Below, one piece after another: positions 1 through 9,301 of a DNA stretch of 54,535 bases. The notes under the pieces were generated by a model, which saw nothing but the letters and a program-made list of their open reading frames with translations, was not told the origin of the DNA and ran no database searches. The position numbers were made by a program, and so were the translations under genes. The DNA comes from Candidatus Parvarchaeota archaeon (GTDB taxonomy: Archaea > Nanobdellota > Nanobdellia > Parvarchaeales > Parvarchaeaceae), in assembly GCA_023269965.1 (NCBI GenBank), contig JAGDXU010000019.1:1-54535 (forward strand). The letters run 5' to 3'. The first letter of the stretch is position 1. The number at the start of each line of letters is the position of its first letter.

Positions 1-659
1 TCGAATCCAAGATGATCACCGGCTTTCTTAGCCCTAAGCTCTGTATTTTTCATATTAGTGCCAGCGAAAAGTCCGGCTTCATCAACGTATATCTTACAAT
101 TTTCCGACCCTGATCCAAGATAGTCACCGACTTTCTTAGCCCTAAGCTCTGTATTTTTCATATTATAGCCAGCATACTTTCCGGCTTCATCAACATATAT
201 TTTTGAGTTAACTGCGTATAACCCAAAATAGTGACCTGCAACATTCGCATAGCCCTTGGCGTCTTTAAGTTTGTAGAAAAGATAATCCACTGGCTTAACT
301 AAAAATAAATTCACCTCTTCATCTTTTTTTATGACTTTATTTACAGCTGCGGATATGAAAAGACCTAAAGCAGCAGATTTTATCTCATCTAATCCCACAT
401 AAATTTCCGGATAAAGTGCAAATGCTTCTACATCGGCGAGAGTGTAATTTGTACTTATGTTATTATAGACATAATCATAGTATTTATCGCGGTAAAGAGT
501 GGGATTAATATCAACCATTTTTATAATCCTAGAAAAATCTGATAATAAGGGTTCCAATCGCTTTTCGGACTCCTCCTTCTTACTGGCATATACCTTTATA
601 GCCTCATTCGGTTTTTCAGGTTTTATACCTATCTTATCTACAAGCTCATTTAGATCCAT
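1..659 (-). CDS. hypothetical protein with 36-aa tandem repeats (N-terminal part only; gene runs off the left window edge)
   Basis: Absent from the ORF track because there is no stop in the window. My translation from the ATG at 657-659 (minus) reads MDLNELVDKIGIKPEKPNEAIKVYASKKEE...KIYVDEAGKYAGYNMKNTELRAKKVGDYLGSGSENCKIYVDEAGLFAGTNMKNTELRAKKAGDHLGF and stays open to position 1. It starts 10 nt after the stop of the upstream ATPase gene. Confidence 0.6.
   Translation of the reverse strand, partial: MDLNELVDKIGIKPEKPNEAIKVYASKKEESEKRLEPLLSDFSRIIKMVDINPTLYRDKYYDYVYNNISTNYTLADVEAFALYPEIYVGLDEIKSAALGLFISAAVNKVIKKDEEVNLFLVKPVDYLFYKLKDAKGYANVAGHYFGLYAVNSKIYVDEAGKYAGYNMKNTELRAKKVGDYLGSGSENCKIYVDEAGLFAGTNMKNTELRAKKAGDHLGF
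5..200. repeat. direct tandem repeat, 108-nt period (two near-identical units, 5-92 and 113-200), inside the coding sequence
   Basis: atccaagatgatcaccggctttcttagccctaagctctgtatttttcatatta... recurs at +108 nt with few mismatches, including an identical 35-nt core ctttcttagccctaagctctgtatttttcatatta. The period equals 36 codons. Confidence 0.85.
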
Positions 660-669
660 GTTCTACCCG

Positions 670-2033
670 CTAATTTTCCTTCAGTGCCCTTTCTAGGGCA
701 GATATAAATGGGGAATCTGATATAGCAGAGAACTTCTTAGATTCCCTCTCAAAGGCCCCTGCCGGATCCTTTTCATTAATTGAGGATAGGAACGTTTGAT
801 ATGCTTCTCCATATAATTGCGGGTTTAAATTGTATCTTCCCATTATTTCACTGCTTATCACTTTTGCATAGTCTAGGTTAGAAAGTTCGCCTTGGTCGGC
901 TAAATTTATGAAGTTTACCCTATGTGCAAGGGTATAGGGTAACATTGATCCGATATGCTTGGGTTCTACGGAAGAGTCGCCTTTAAACCAAGCGTATGCC
1001 CTTGAGTAAAGCATTAGAGACTGTGTGAACCTGTTTGAAACGTCATTCTCTACCTTATTAAAGGCATATTCTGTTTTTGAGTAATGGCTTAAGTCTTCAG
1101 ATTTTTTGCCGAAGATTCTTTCTTTTCCGTATGGGTTAGCCAGCTCTGAATGGACCAAAATTAGGAATATCTTGCTGTCATAGGAGAGGGGGATATCGTT
1201 TATGTAGCTTCTTACCTTTTCCAAGTCTTTATAACTCATAGTTATCTCCCCGAATTTGCTGTTTAACCTTTCTCTGAATTCGCCTGCTATCTCATCCAGC
1301 TTCTTAATTTTATCATTGTAAGGGGATTTTTCATGAAGCACGGTCCCTATCCTATCAGAAATCTGTTCGTCCTGTATGCTTGACATATCCCTCGGCGTGG
1401 ACAAAAGAAGTCTTTCCAATGGACCAAGTTGATGCATCTCTGTGCTGACATCGAATCTGTCCCTCAATGGTAATATGAGCTCTGTGTTTCCTATATCTTC
1501 ATAGTTTGCTGTTGCAAACAGTGTGCTTTTTTGGGTGATCAAAGTGTGATTCAAATATTTAGACACACCTCTATCTGCCAGATTTAAAAGCATGTCCTGC
1601 TGCTTTCCGCTTAACCTGTTAATTTCATCGATTATTTTTATACGAGGAAACTGGGCAAATGCGCTCCAATTCATATCTTTCATGCCAGGGAGATCCAGAG
1701 AGCCAAATATGTCTTCGGCGGTTATCTCAGGGTGGCTATGTATTTCTGCGTACGATATGATAGCATCCAGTGGAAAACCATAAAGAAGTGACGAAATAAG
1801 CTCTGCGGTAGTTGTCTTTCCATTCCCCGGATTACCGAATATCAGCTGCTTTCCGTTGACGATGCCGCTCAGTATAGGCAGCAGAAGAGAGGATAGATAA
1901 GTTCCTTCTATACTGTCGTCTTTTACATTGGTACTATAAAGTTGGATTTAATTACAGAGTAGAGATTTCTGGCCCTTTTTGACATTTCTTTCGCTTCGGA
2001 ATAAATGCTTTCTTGGTAGTCTTCTTCTCTCAT
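670..2033 (-). pseudogene. MoxR-like AAA+ ATPase, apparently frameshifted near 1926-1947
   Basis: Listed ORF 670-1683 has Walker B IKIIDEINR and a MoxR-like lid (AWFKGDSSVEPKHIGSMLPYTLAHRV). The same frame is open up to 1947 and encodes Walker A (LIFGNPGNGKTTTAEL) but has no ATG/GTG/TTG. A 36-codon ORF (2033-1923, MREEDYQESIYSEAKEMSKRARNLYSVIKSNFIVPM) lies in another frame and overlaps it. Confidence 0.6.
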
Positions 2034-2047
2034 ATTGTCTCTACAAC

Positions 2048-2662
2048 TCACTGTTTTCCTTCTACTCTACGCACAATTTCCTGTCCTATTTCCACCTTCT
2101 GATAAGGATTCAATTTGAATAAATTTGTGTACATACTGCGCAGTTCTTTCGGATTTTCAGAACCGAAAAATGGCGGTTCTAGTATTAGCGGTTGAATTCC
2201 ATTAGAGCCATTTATACTGTAAAAGCCTTTTGATGGAACTACCCCCACTAGACTTGGTCTATACAAAGAGTATTGAAATTCAGTTACTATTCTTGCAACG
2301 TGGTCACCGCTACTTACCCCAAAAATGGAATCCGCACCGGAACTTTTTGTATACTCTACCATATGTTTAATATTTTCCTGGGTGTTCTTTGATCCCTTAT
2401 CTAAAATGACTTCATCAATTATTTTCTCCAGATTTGAGTACTTCTTGTGTAAAAGATTATTTATTGCATCTGCCTCTACGGTACCATCCTTTGATATGGT
2501 TCCCCCAGATATATATAGATCAGCATCTATACCATGTTTTTTAAAGAAATTTGTAAGCTCTACGGCCGAATCAAGTCTATCTCCCGTTACTTCTTCCCAG
2601 GAGTTATTCCCAGGAACTATATTTTGGCTATAACCAAACACACTTATAAGCGTTTTTGCCAT
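2048..2662 (-). CDS. DUF218 (YdcF/SanA-like) domain protein
   Basis: 204 aa with the LDKGSKNTQENI motif typical of DUF218 and a Rossmann-like layout. Confidence 0.6.
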   Translation of the reverse strand: MAKTLISVFGYSQNIVPGNNSWEEVTGDRLDSAVELTNFFKKHGIDADLYISGGTISKDGTVEADAINNLLHKKYSNLEKIIDEVILDKGSKNTQENIKHMVEYTKSSGADSIFGVSSGDHVARIVTEFQYSLYRPSLVGVVPSKGFYSINGSNGIQPLILEPPFFGSENPKELRSMYTNLFKLNPYQKVEIGQEIVRRVEGKQ

Positions 2663-2729
2663 AATTGCTTTCTAAATTTTTTGCTACTTTTTAATAAGAG
2701 AAAGTAACTTATATAAATACTTTTAACTT

Positions 2730-2831
2730 TTAATAAATTAGCTCATCTGCTTCTGTTGATATTCTGATAGCCAAGTCTTTAGGGTTATGGTACTAGTCCC
2801 AGTCCCTTTCTTCACAGAGTTTTTTCACCAT
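2730..2831 (-). pseudogene. MazG-like nucleotide pyrophosphohydrolase remnant with an in-frame TAG
   Basis: Minus-strand translation is MVKKLCEERDWD*YHNPKDLAIRISTEADELIY*. This matches the MazG-family core (ERDW-x-Q-x-H-x-PKNLA...E..EL). The TAG at 2793-2795 sits where Gln is expected, and the fragment is truncated after about 33 codons. Confidence 0.55.
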
Positions 2832-3282
2832 TTGTTTAATTCATATCTATGAGGCGATTTGGTATATACCCATATATACGGAATCCACCGATACCTTTGT
2901 CTCTGAATCCATTTTTAAATTCTTTTTTCGAGGCTCTTTTAATATTTAAATTTCAAAAAGTATATTTCAAAAAGATTTATAAGATAATAGATTCTAAATT
3001 TAAAATGCAATTGAAAAGAAACCCAAAATTTATATTTTTTTGATTTAGGAGAGGTGATACTTCATCGTGAAGAACCAATTCACTTCTCAATACTTAAGGA
3101 ATTAGGGATAAAGAGCGGCGATTATGAGAAAACCTACTCAGAATTTTGGAAGGAGCGGTAAAAGCGGGTATCGATAATGTGGTTCTAGTTTCTCAAGGCT
3201 CAAAAATGTAAAGAATACCATGCATAGACAACATAAGCAAATTGATAGACTTACTTAATAAAGTAAGGCACTGATTTCAAAT

Positions 3283-3594
3283 TTACTTGTAATTTGAATA
3301 CTTGATGGCATAATCTGCTATGACTGGAACTTTTATGTCCTCGCCTTCATAAGCCTTAACCGCTATATACATGCCGTAAACCCATATAATAAAAGCAAGA
3401 ACTGGACCTAGAAAAGGCACAAAGAAAAGCACTAAATCAAGAACTATTGCCACTATGCCTAAAAATATGGCTTGCAAGGAATGAAATTTCATCCTTTTGT
3501 CATTTTGTCCCTCTGTGACGAATACGATGATACCGCTAAGCCATGAAAGTAGGTATATAAAAATGTACACAATATTCCCTTTGTCTTTGCTCAT
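3283..3594 (-). CDS. small membrane protein, DUF4870/UPF0132-like
   Basis: 103 aa with 3 predicted TM segments. The motif KRMKFHSLQAIFLG resembles the F-x-x-FH-x-x-Q signature of this family. Confidence 0.5.
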   Translation of the reverse strand: MSKDKGNIVYIFIYLLSWLSGIIVFVTEGQNDKRMKFHSLQAIFLGIVAIVLDLVLFFVPFLGPVLAFIIWVYGMYIAVKAYEGEDIKVPVIADYAIKYSNYK

Positions 3595-3658
3595 ACCATT
3601 TCTTCGACTTTTGAGTTTAAATATCTTTGGAATCGAAAAATTTCACTGTTTTTAGGCC

Positions 3659-4348
3659 TTACTCGATCCTGAAGTTTCTCAGAAGAAATTGATAATGCTC
3701 ACGCAGAAGAATCGTAGATGCAATCAAAGCGAATGATATTATTAAGCCCAACATGTGCACCAGCAGCAGGAAGTTATAACACGAAGCTAGTGTCAAGGCG
3801 ATTGCTATTATAAACAGCAGCCTGATGATGTAGGCTAACTTTTCCCTTGATTTTTTGCTGTATCTCTCCTTAGCTTTCTTGATAAGAAGAGCTTTAAAAT
3901 CAAATGAGATCGCATAAATTAAGAAGTAGATAAGCAGCGTGATGGCGATTATTGATGTTCCTCTAGATGGAATCTTGAAGACGAACCAATAGATCGCTGA
4001 AGTTAAATATGAAGAGATTATACCTACGTAGAATATATAAGAAGGCTTCAGAAATCTGTTCAATTTGTTGTTTTTTGTGTATAAGTAGCTTATTATCGCC
4101 AGCATTATGAAAATTGGCAGGAAATTGAGCAAAAAGCCCGCCCAGAAATTGCCATAATAAGTCGAGAAGTTCTCTAATGCGCTGAAAGGGCTTGTTATAA
4201 AGACCAAAATACTTTTAGGCGCTACTTTATAAAATGATATGTAGATACCATTGAAAATTAGGTATAACAGAGAAAATACCAGACTAAATTTGAAAAGATT
4301 AAAAGATAACATGACGCTTTCTGGAATAGATTTTTTGTTATTAAGCAT
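3659..4348 (-). CDS. polytopic membrane protein, unknown function
   Basis: 229 aa with multiple hydrophobic helices and basic loops. No recognisable motif. Confidence 0.5.
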   Translation of the reverse strand: MLNNKKSIPESVMLSFNLFKFSLVFSLLYLIFNGIYISFYKVAPKSILVFITSPFSALENFSTYYGNFWAGFLLNFLPIFIMLAIISYLYTKNNKLNRFLKPSYIFYVGIISSYLTSAIYWFVFKIPSRGTSIIAITLLIYFLIYAISFDFKALLIKKAKERYSKKSREKLAYIIRLLFIIAIALTLASCYNFLLLVHMLGLIISFALIASTILLREHYQFLLRNFRIE

Positions 4349-4487
4349 AACACAAAGAATGCTACATTAAGATTTAAGTTTTATTGGTATACTTCCCCTC
4401 TAGAGCTGCGACACCATAAGAGTGAGTCTGACAGAAGTTCCAAAATATGATAATAGGCCTTGTGACTAATTGGGAGTATTAAATTGA

Positions 4488-5633
4488 CTATCTTTTTTCA
4501 GCGATTATAATGAATAACTTTGATTTATCTTGCCCTGATTTAAAAGGGATGACTATATCCCCTAACCTTGACGGAAGATATAGCTTACTCTTGATTTCAA
4601 TAACTTCATGGATATCAAAATCGAAATCGGAGAGCAGTCCTTTTAAAGTTCGCAGATTTGGAACATTATACTGATCAAGTTTGCTCATAGGGGATGTCTT
4701 GTGCGCTTTTTCAGCAAAAATTCTTAAATCTGTTTTATTCTCATCCAACAAAAATATTAACTTTCCCCCTTGATTCAGAGAGGTAGACACGCTGAATAGA
4801 AATCTAATGAAGGATTTTAACTGTAAAAATGGCTCAAATACTAAAATTGTGTTGTATTTGTTTTTAGATTCAAATTGCTCTACAACTCCCTCTATAAATG
4901 AAATTTTTTCTTTGAAATTATCTTTTAATTGGCGTCTGAAATCTGGATTCACCTCTAAAACATCAATATGGTCGAATTTTTTCAGCAATATGTTTGTTAT
5001 AATTCCATCTCCGGCGTTTATCTCTAATATAGGCGATTCGATATGTTCTGTTATATCTGATATGAGTTTTTCTTCTTCGGTAGGCATAGTTTTAGACTTT
5101 AGTCTATTCCTACGCTCCAAATCTGATATTTCGCTTGAATAAAAAGGATATCTAGAGGAATATACTAACCTGTCATCGTAAAGGGATTCTAATTTTTGAT
5201 ATAAATTTTTGTATTTTTTGTATTTCGAAGAGAGAAAGTAAATAGCATCTATTACTCTCCAGCTAATATTAAGCAATGAAGGCAATTCGCTTATTTTCAT
5301 CCATCTTACATCTCTTACCAGCTTCTCTACTTCATCTGCAGTTACTGGCTCACCAGAGAAATCCTCTATTAAGAAAAATGCAACCACCTCAGTTTTCAAT
5401 GTATAAACGCTATAATTTGCAAGCCCGATCAATCTCACTTTTTTAACGTCTATATTTATTTCTTCTTTCAATTCTCTCTTAATTGCTTCCTCCGCGCTTT
5501 CACCAGGTTCCACACCACCACCCGGTGTTTCCCAAACTCTCGCATCTTTTGAGGTTCTTAGATCAAGAAGAATTGAATCGTCCTTCAAAATTATCCCAAA
5601 AGCGCCTTTAATTTCTTCATATTTTTTCTCCAT
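4488..5633 (-). CDS. Nudix hydrolase fused to a class I SAM-dependent methyltransferase-like domain
   Basis: Nudix box GGGVEPGESAEEAIKRELKEEINI at the N terminus. The C-terminal half has ILEINAGDGIITN (SAM motif I-like). I prefer the ATG at 5633 (MEKKYEEIKG) over the TTG at 5672 used by the track. Confidence 0.65.
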   Translation of the reverse strand: MEKKYEEIKGAFGIILKDDSILLDLRTSKDARVWETPGGGVEPGESAEEAIKRELKEEINIDVKKVRLIGLANYSVYTLKTEVVAFFLIEDFSGEPVTADEVEKLVRDVRWMKISELPSLLNISWRVIDAIYFLSSKYKKYKNLYQKLESLYDDRLVYSSRYPFYSSEISDLERRNRLKSKTMPTEEEKLISDITEHIESPILEINAGDGIITNILLKKFDHIDVLEVNPDFRRQLKDNFKEKISFIEGVVEQFESKNKYNTILVFEPFLQLKSFIRFLFSVSTSLNQGGKLIFLLDENKTDLRIFAEKAHKTSPMSKLDQYNVPNLRTLKGLLSDFDFDIHEVIEIKSKLYLPSRLGDIVIPFKSGQDKSKLFIIIAEKR

Positions 5634-5715
5634 ATAACAACCTAATTTTATATTAATATTTAAGGTTTCCAAACAAATCCGTGTAGATTAATAGTCTATA
5701 GTTTCGATATTAGAC

Positions 5716-6597
5716 TCAGAAAGACGAGAGACTAGCCGCTAATTGATATTTATCTGACTCCTGCAGTATTTCCGCTATTTTTTCACTTATGAAATCAGGA
5801 GTCCCACGTATTTGATAAACCGGTACATTTAAGGTCAACTTATCCACAAATTTTGCCCTCGCGTCTGCTAGCTCTTCTGTGTCTACAGGTTTCAATGGTT
5901 TGCTATAGTTATTTATTAATGAACCTTGACCGCGAATGTCATGTGTAAATAGTTCATACAGATGAAATTTGGCTTTTAAAGGCTCCCAGCGTATCACCTC
6001 ATTATAAGGGGATAACTGCACATAAACCATCAAAGCTAATTTTGATTCTTTATCCAGTGGAGAGTATTTATCTTCGTCCAAAAGTCGCTTGGTTCTGTTT
6101 ATATATTTGCCTTTCAAGGAATGATGATCATTATCTACGCCTAGCATTCTTCCGACTATTTTTAGATCTCTATCCACTACTGTGCGGCCCTCTGATAAAA
6201 ATTTGAAATAAAAGTTATTACATAGATTCAGCGCGGTTGTTGTCTTACCGCTGTCCTTCCACCCAAACAAGATCACGGCTTTTCCATCCTTTTCAACTGA
6301 ACTAGAATGAATGCTGTACTCTCCTTTCTCTTCGCGAAGTCTCTCTAGCATCAACATAGCGATCAACATGACATCAGAAGCGCTTTTTCCTTTATAGTAA
6401 TAATGCGGGTAATCTTCTATAACTTCAAATTCATCTGATTCAGTTATCTCTATCAAAGGTGAATCTTTAACTTCTTCTCCGATGCTTGGCGAAGGGAGAA
6501 CCTCGTATACAGCATTGCTGCTGAGAATACGTTCCAGCACGCTTTCGGGAGCAGAGACGTTAATGGACACGTCACAGCTGCTTAATGATTTAATCAC
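5716..6597 (-). CDS. HPr kinase C-terminal-domain-like P-loop protein
   Basis: HSSSVEKDGKAVILFGWKDSGKTTTALNL resembles the HprK/P P-loop context (HG..v...G.gvLi.G.SG.GKS..AL.L). GTG start with a GGTGA Shine-Dalgarno site. Confidence 0.5.
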   Translation of the reverse strand: MIKSLSSCDVSINVSAPESVLERILSSNAVYEVLPSPSIGEEVKDSPLIEITESDEFEVIEDYPHYYYKGKSASDVMLIAMLMLERLREEKGEYSIHSSSVEKDGKAVILFGWKDSGKTTTALNLCNNFYFKFLSEGRTVVDRDLKIVGRMLGVDNDHHSLKGKYINRTKRLLDEDKYSPLDKESKLALMVYVQLSPYNEVIRWEPLKAKFHLYELFTHDIRGQGSLINNYSKPLKPVDTEELADARAKFVDKLTLNVPVYQIRGTPDFISEKIAEILQESDKYQLAASLSSF

Positions 6598-6749
6598 GTT
6601 TCACCTTCTGTAATCATTACAGCTTATAAATAATATGGCAGACTAAGAATATAAAACTTTGGAAATATATTGCCTATTTATGTGATGAAAGGGACTAAAC
6701 ACGGATGAAAAGGCTATGAGGCTTGTTTTATTCTAGAGCATTTTAATAT

Positions 6750-7682
6750 TCACTTAATTTTTCCATATCTTCCTTTTCTAACAAGATAACTCAAATAAGC
6801 CTGGTTAAGTATGTCTCTAAACCGCCTATCCAAGCCTCTACCTAGATTTTTTCCGCCGTGGTTATATCTATTTATCCTAAAACTGGTCTCTGTGGTTTCG
6901 CTCGGTTTAATTCTAGATATAAAATCCATGTCTTCATAGTCATTTATGAACGTTTCATCAAATCTTCTGTTTTTAACGGCATAATAGCTGAGTATCATGA
7001 AATAGCTTTTTCCCCCAGTCCCAGGCATCATCTTTTTGTATAAGAGCCTCCTTAGCGGCGAACTGTAGATGAAATCATACTCTATTTTAAATTTTTTTTC
7101 TAGATTATAAATATCCTTGCGGTATTTCATAAACTCTTTTTTAGAGTATTTGACTGGGTTTCTTTGTGCGTTAAATCCAAGTCTTTTAAGCAACTTCAGC
7201 AAGGCAGTCTGTTTATACAGATATTTTTCAGAGGATATATCATGGTAGACTAATTTTATCCTCCTGTTGTCTATTTTTTTAAGTTCGGATAGTAAAACTT
7301 CTATGTCGTCAACTTTACTCACATCATCATTTGAAAGTAGAATCCATTTAGGTTTATACCTAAGCGCATATTTAAGCCCGATATTACTATTTCGCGCAAA
7401 TTTGAAATAGGGATCATTGATCGCGCTTTCTACGAATATTATATGTTGACCTTTGAAGATTTTTTCACAGTTTTTAGTTATTTTACTAAATCTATCTGCA
7501 GTTGGTATTACTACTATTACATCTTTTTTTCCGTTTACTTCATATATTTTAGCCCTTCCATGCGGACGATTTCTAGACCAATTTATTAATTCTTCAGTAT
7601 CCTTGAATTTACTATAAAATTCGATTATATCATCAGGATTTTTACTATTGAAAAGGCTATTCAACTTATCTACTCTTTTCAT
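6750..7682 (-). CDS. GT-A fold (family 2-like) glycosyltransferase
   Basis: VIVVIPTADR near the N terminus, ILLSNDDV (DxD-like) and a later YEDMDF motif. Confidence 0.55.
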   Translation of the reverse strand: MKRVDKLNSLFNSKNPDDIIEFYSKFKDTEELINWSRNRPHGRAKIYEVNGKKDVIVVIPTADRFSKITKNCEKIFKGQHIIFVESAINDPYFKFARNSNIGLKYALRYKPKWILLSNDDVSKVDDIEVLLSELKKIDNRRIKLVYHDISSEKYLYKQTALLKLLKRLGFNAQRNPVKYSKKEFMKYRKDIYNLEKKFKIEYDFIYSSPLRRLLYKKMMPGTGGKSYFMILSYYAVKNRRFDETFINDYEDMDFISRIKPSETTETSFRINRYNHGGKNLGRGLDRRFRDILNQAYLSYLVRKGRYGKIK

Positions 7683-7778
7683 ATATTTTAGTGGCTTTTC
7701 ACTCCTTTAATTCTTTTCTTACTAGCTTTACAGTTATTCATCGAAAAATCGATTAATTTTTAGCTGTTATAATCGCTC

Positions 7779-8573
7779 TTATTTGAAAAGCTCGTAGTTA
7801 TAAGCAGTTATATGATCTTCTACTCTCTTTGATAATTTCTGCATATTATAATCAGACGGAGCATTTTCATCATAATGTTTTCTGTCAGATTTAATCGATG
7901 GCAAAAAAGCGTTTATCATTAAACGCAACTCAAATAAGTCATTAATTTTGCCCATCTTATTTTCATATCTTGGATATGGGTCTATAATTTTGAATAGCTT
8001 ATTATTAGGATTTATGATAATGTTATACGGGCGTAAATCACCGTGATAAAAGCCACATTTGTGTATCCTGAGGGTAGTATCCACTAATTCATTTAAAATT
8101 CTGTATATTTTTTCGTATTCTCCTGTTTGAGACATTAACGATTTTCGATGGAAACGAATATAATCTGCTAATTTTTTTCCTTCTGCGAATTCCATTATAT
8201 AACCATAATTATCGACAAGCGAGTAAGGTTTTACAAAATGCTTAGGATCCGCTTGATACAGTTTACTTAATGATTTGTATTCATCTTCTATCTTATCACT
8301 ACCGCCGCCCATAAAGTAAAACCTATCCCCTAATTTTGCCTCATATATGATTCCCTCGGGCAAATAGCCTTTGTAGAAAAGCCCGTATTCCTTCAAACTA
8401 TCGTTTAAGAGCTGACTAAGATGTAGAGGTAAAGAATAAGCCGATACGTGCTCATAAGCCCCTGCTTTTACTTTTCTAAGTATGGCATCTAGATTTCTTT
8501 TAGTTTCCAACTCAGTCGATTCAGGTTTGTGGCTACTACTTATGTTTTCCGGCCCCGTAGAGTAACTTTCCAT
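7779..8573 (-). CDS. atypical protein-kinase-like fold protein (RIO/Kdo/APH-like)
   Basis: Catalytic-loop-like FYHGDLRPYNIIINPNNKLFKIIDP. No canonical glycine-rich loop seen. Confidence 0.5.
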   Translation of the reverse strand: MESYSTGPENISSSHKPESTELETKRNLDAILRKVKAGAYEHVSAYSLPLHLSQLLNDSLKEYGLFYKGYLPEGIIYEAKLGDRFYFMGGGSDKIEDEYKSLSKLYQADPKHFVKPYSLVDNYGYIMEFAEGKKLADYIRFHRKSLMSQTGEYEKIYRILNELVDTTLRIHKCGFYHGDLRPYNIIINPNNKLFKIIDPYPRYENKMGKINDLFELRLMINAFLPSIKSDRKHYDENAPSDYNMQKLSKRVEDHITAYNYELFK

Positions 8574-8681
8574 AAATTATAAATGAATAAGACTGATATA
8601 TAAACATTTATTTACTTAACAATAGATAATTAATATTTGATAAGATAATCAAAGAAAAAACATTGAATAGAGTATTTTAAT

Positions 8682-9242
8682 TTATACAAGAGCGACATTG
8701 ACTTCCTGCTGCATCAGATTTATCTCATTGTTTTGTATTGCTGCGCCCTTTAGAAATTCTATCATTAGAACATAGTTGGAATTTAAAACTAATATAACAC
8801 TCTGGCCCGGCTGTGAACTAACTACTTCGTATCTTAGACCTTCATAGGTGCTATAATTTACTGATTGTGCATTTCCAATGAAGGAATTGTAATCCTGAGT
8901 AGCGTTGCCGTCTGTGTTAAATTTATCGAATGCTATAACTATCTCACTGCCGGATGGACCGAAATAAGATTTACTGTATGTACTCTCATAGTTGTTCACA
9001 GATAAATTTGTGATACCTGATGCACTGTAGGCCTGACCATATATACTGCTCACCTGAGAGGGGGGTAAGAAGACAACACCGAAGGGAGACACCCCCACAG
9101 AGCTAGTTCCTGAAGATGAATTAGAAATAGAAACAGAACCAGGATTAAATCCACCCATTGCAAAAAACCCGATGATAGCAACTATCGCAACCGCTGCAAT
9201 TATTCCTATTAAAGCAATGGAATTCATAAAAAAGTATAACAT
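8682..9242 (-). CDS. N-terminally membrane-anchored extracytoplasmic protein, unknown function
   Basis: 186 aa with one N-terminal TM (IALIGIIAAVAIVAIIGFFAM), then a Ser/Asn-rich beta-type domain. Confidence 0.5.
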   Translation of the reverse strand: MLYFFMNSIALIGIIAAVAIVAIIGFFAMGGFNPGSVSISNSSSGTSSVGVSPFGVVFLPPSQVSSIYGQAYSASGITNLSVNNYESTYSKSYFGPSGSEIVIAFDKFNTDGNATQDYNSFIGNAQSVNYSTYEGLRYEVVSSQPGQSVILVLNSNYVLMIEFLKGAAIQNNEINLMQQEVNVALV

Positions 9243-9301
9243 TGTTCATTTAAAAAGGTGCTATTTGTAGGATTATTGGAATCAATTACTATTGGTCATT
9301 T

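Noticed and set aside
499-696. Plus-strand 65-aa ORF from the track
   Set aside because: It lies antisense to the start of the repeat-protein gene and the end of the ATPase gene. Low-complexity hydrophobic translation with no SD; treated as a shadow ORF.
2849-3043. Plus-strand 64-aa ORF in the 2663-3282 gap
   Set aside because: AT-rich, Phe/Lys/Ile-rich low-complexity translation with no recognisable motif or ribosome-binding site. More likely a chance ORF in decayed sequence.
3054-3161. 35-codon GTG-initiated ORF resembling an AbrB/SpoVT fragment
   Set aside because: Kept only as a remark inside the debris finding. It is too short, lacks the first beta strand of the domain, and the similarity rests on LKELGIKSGD alone.
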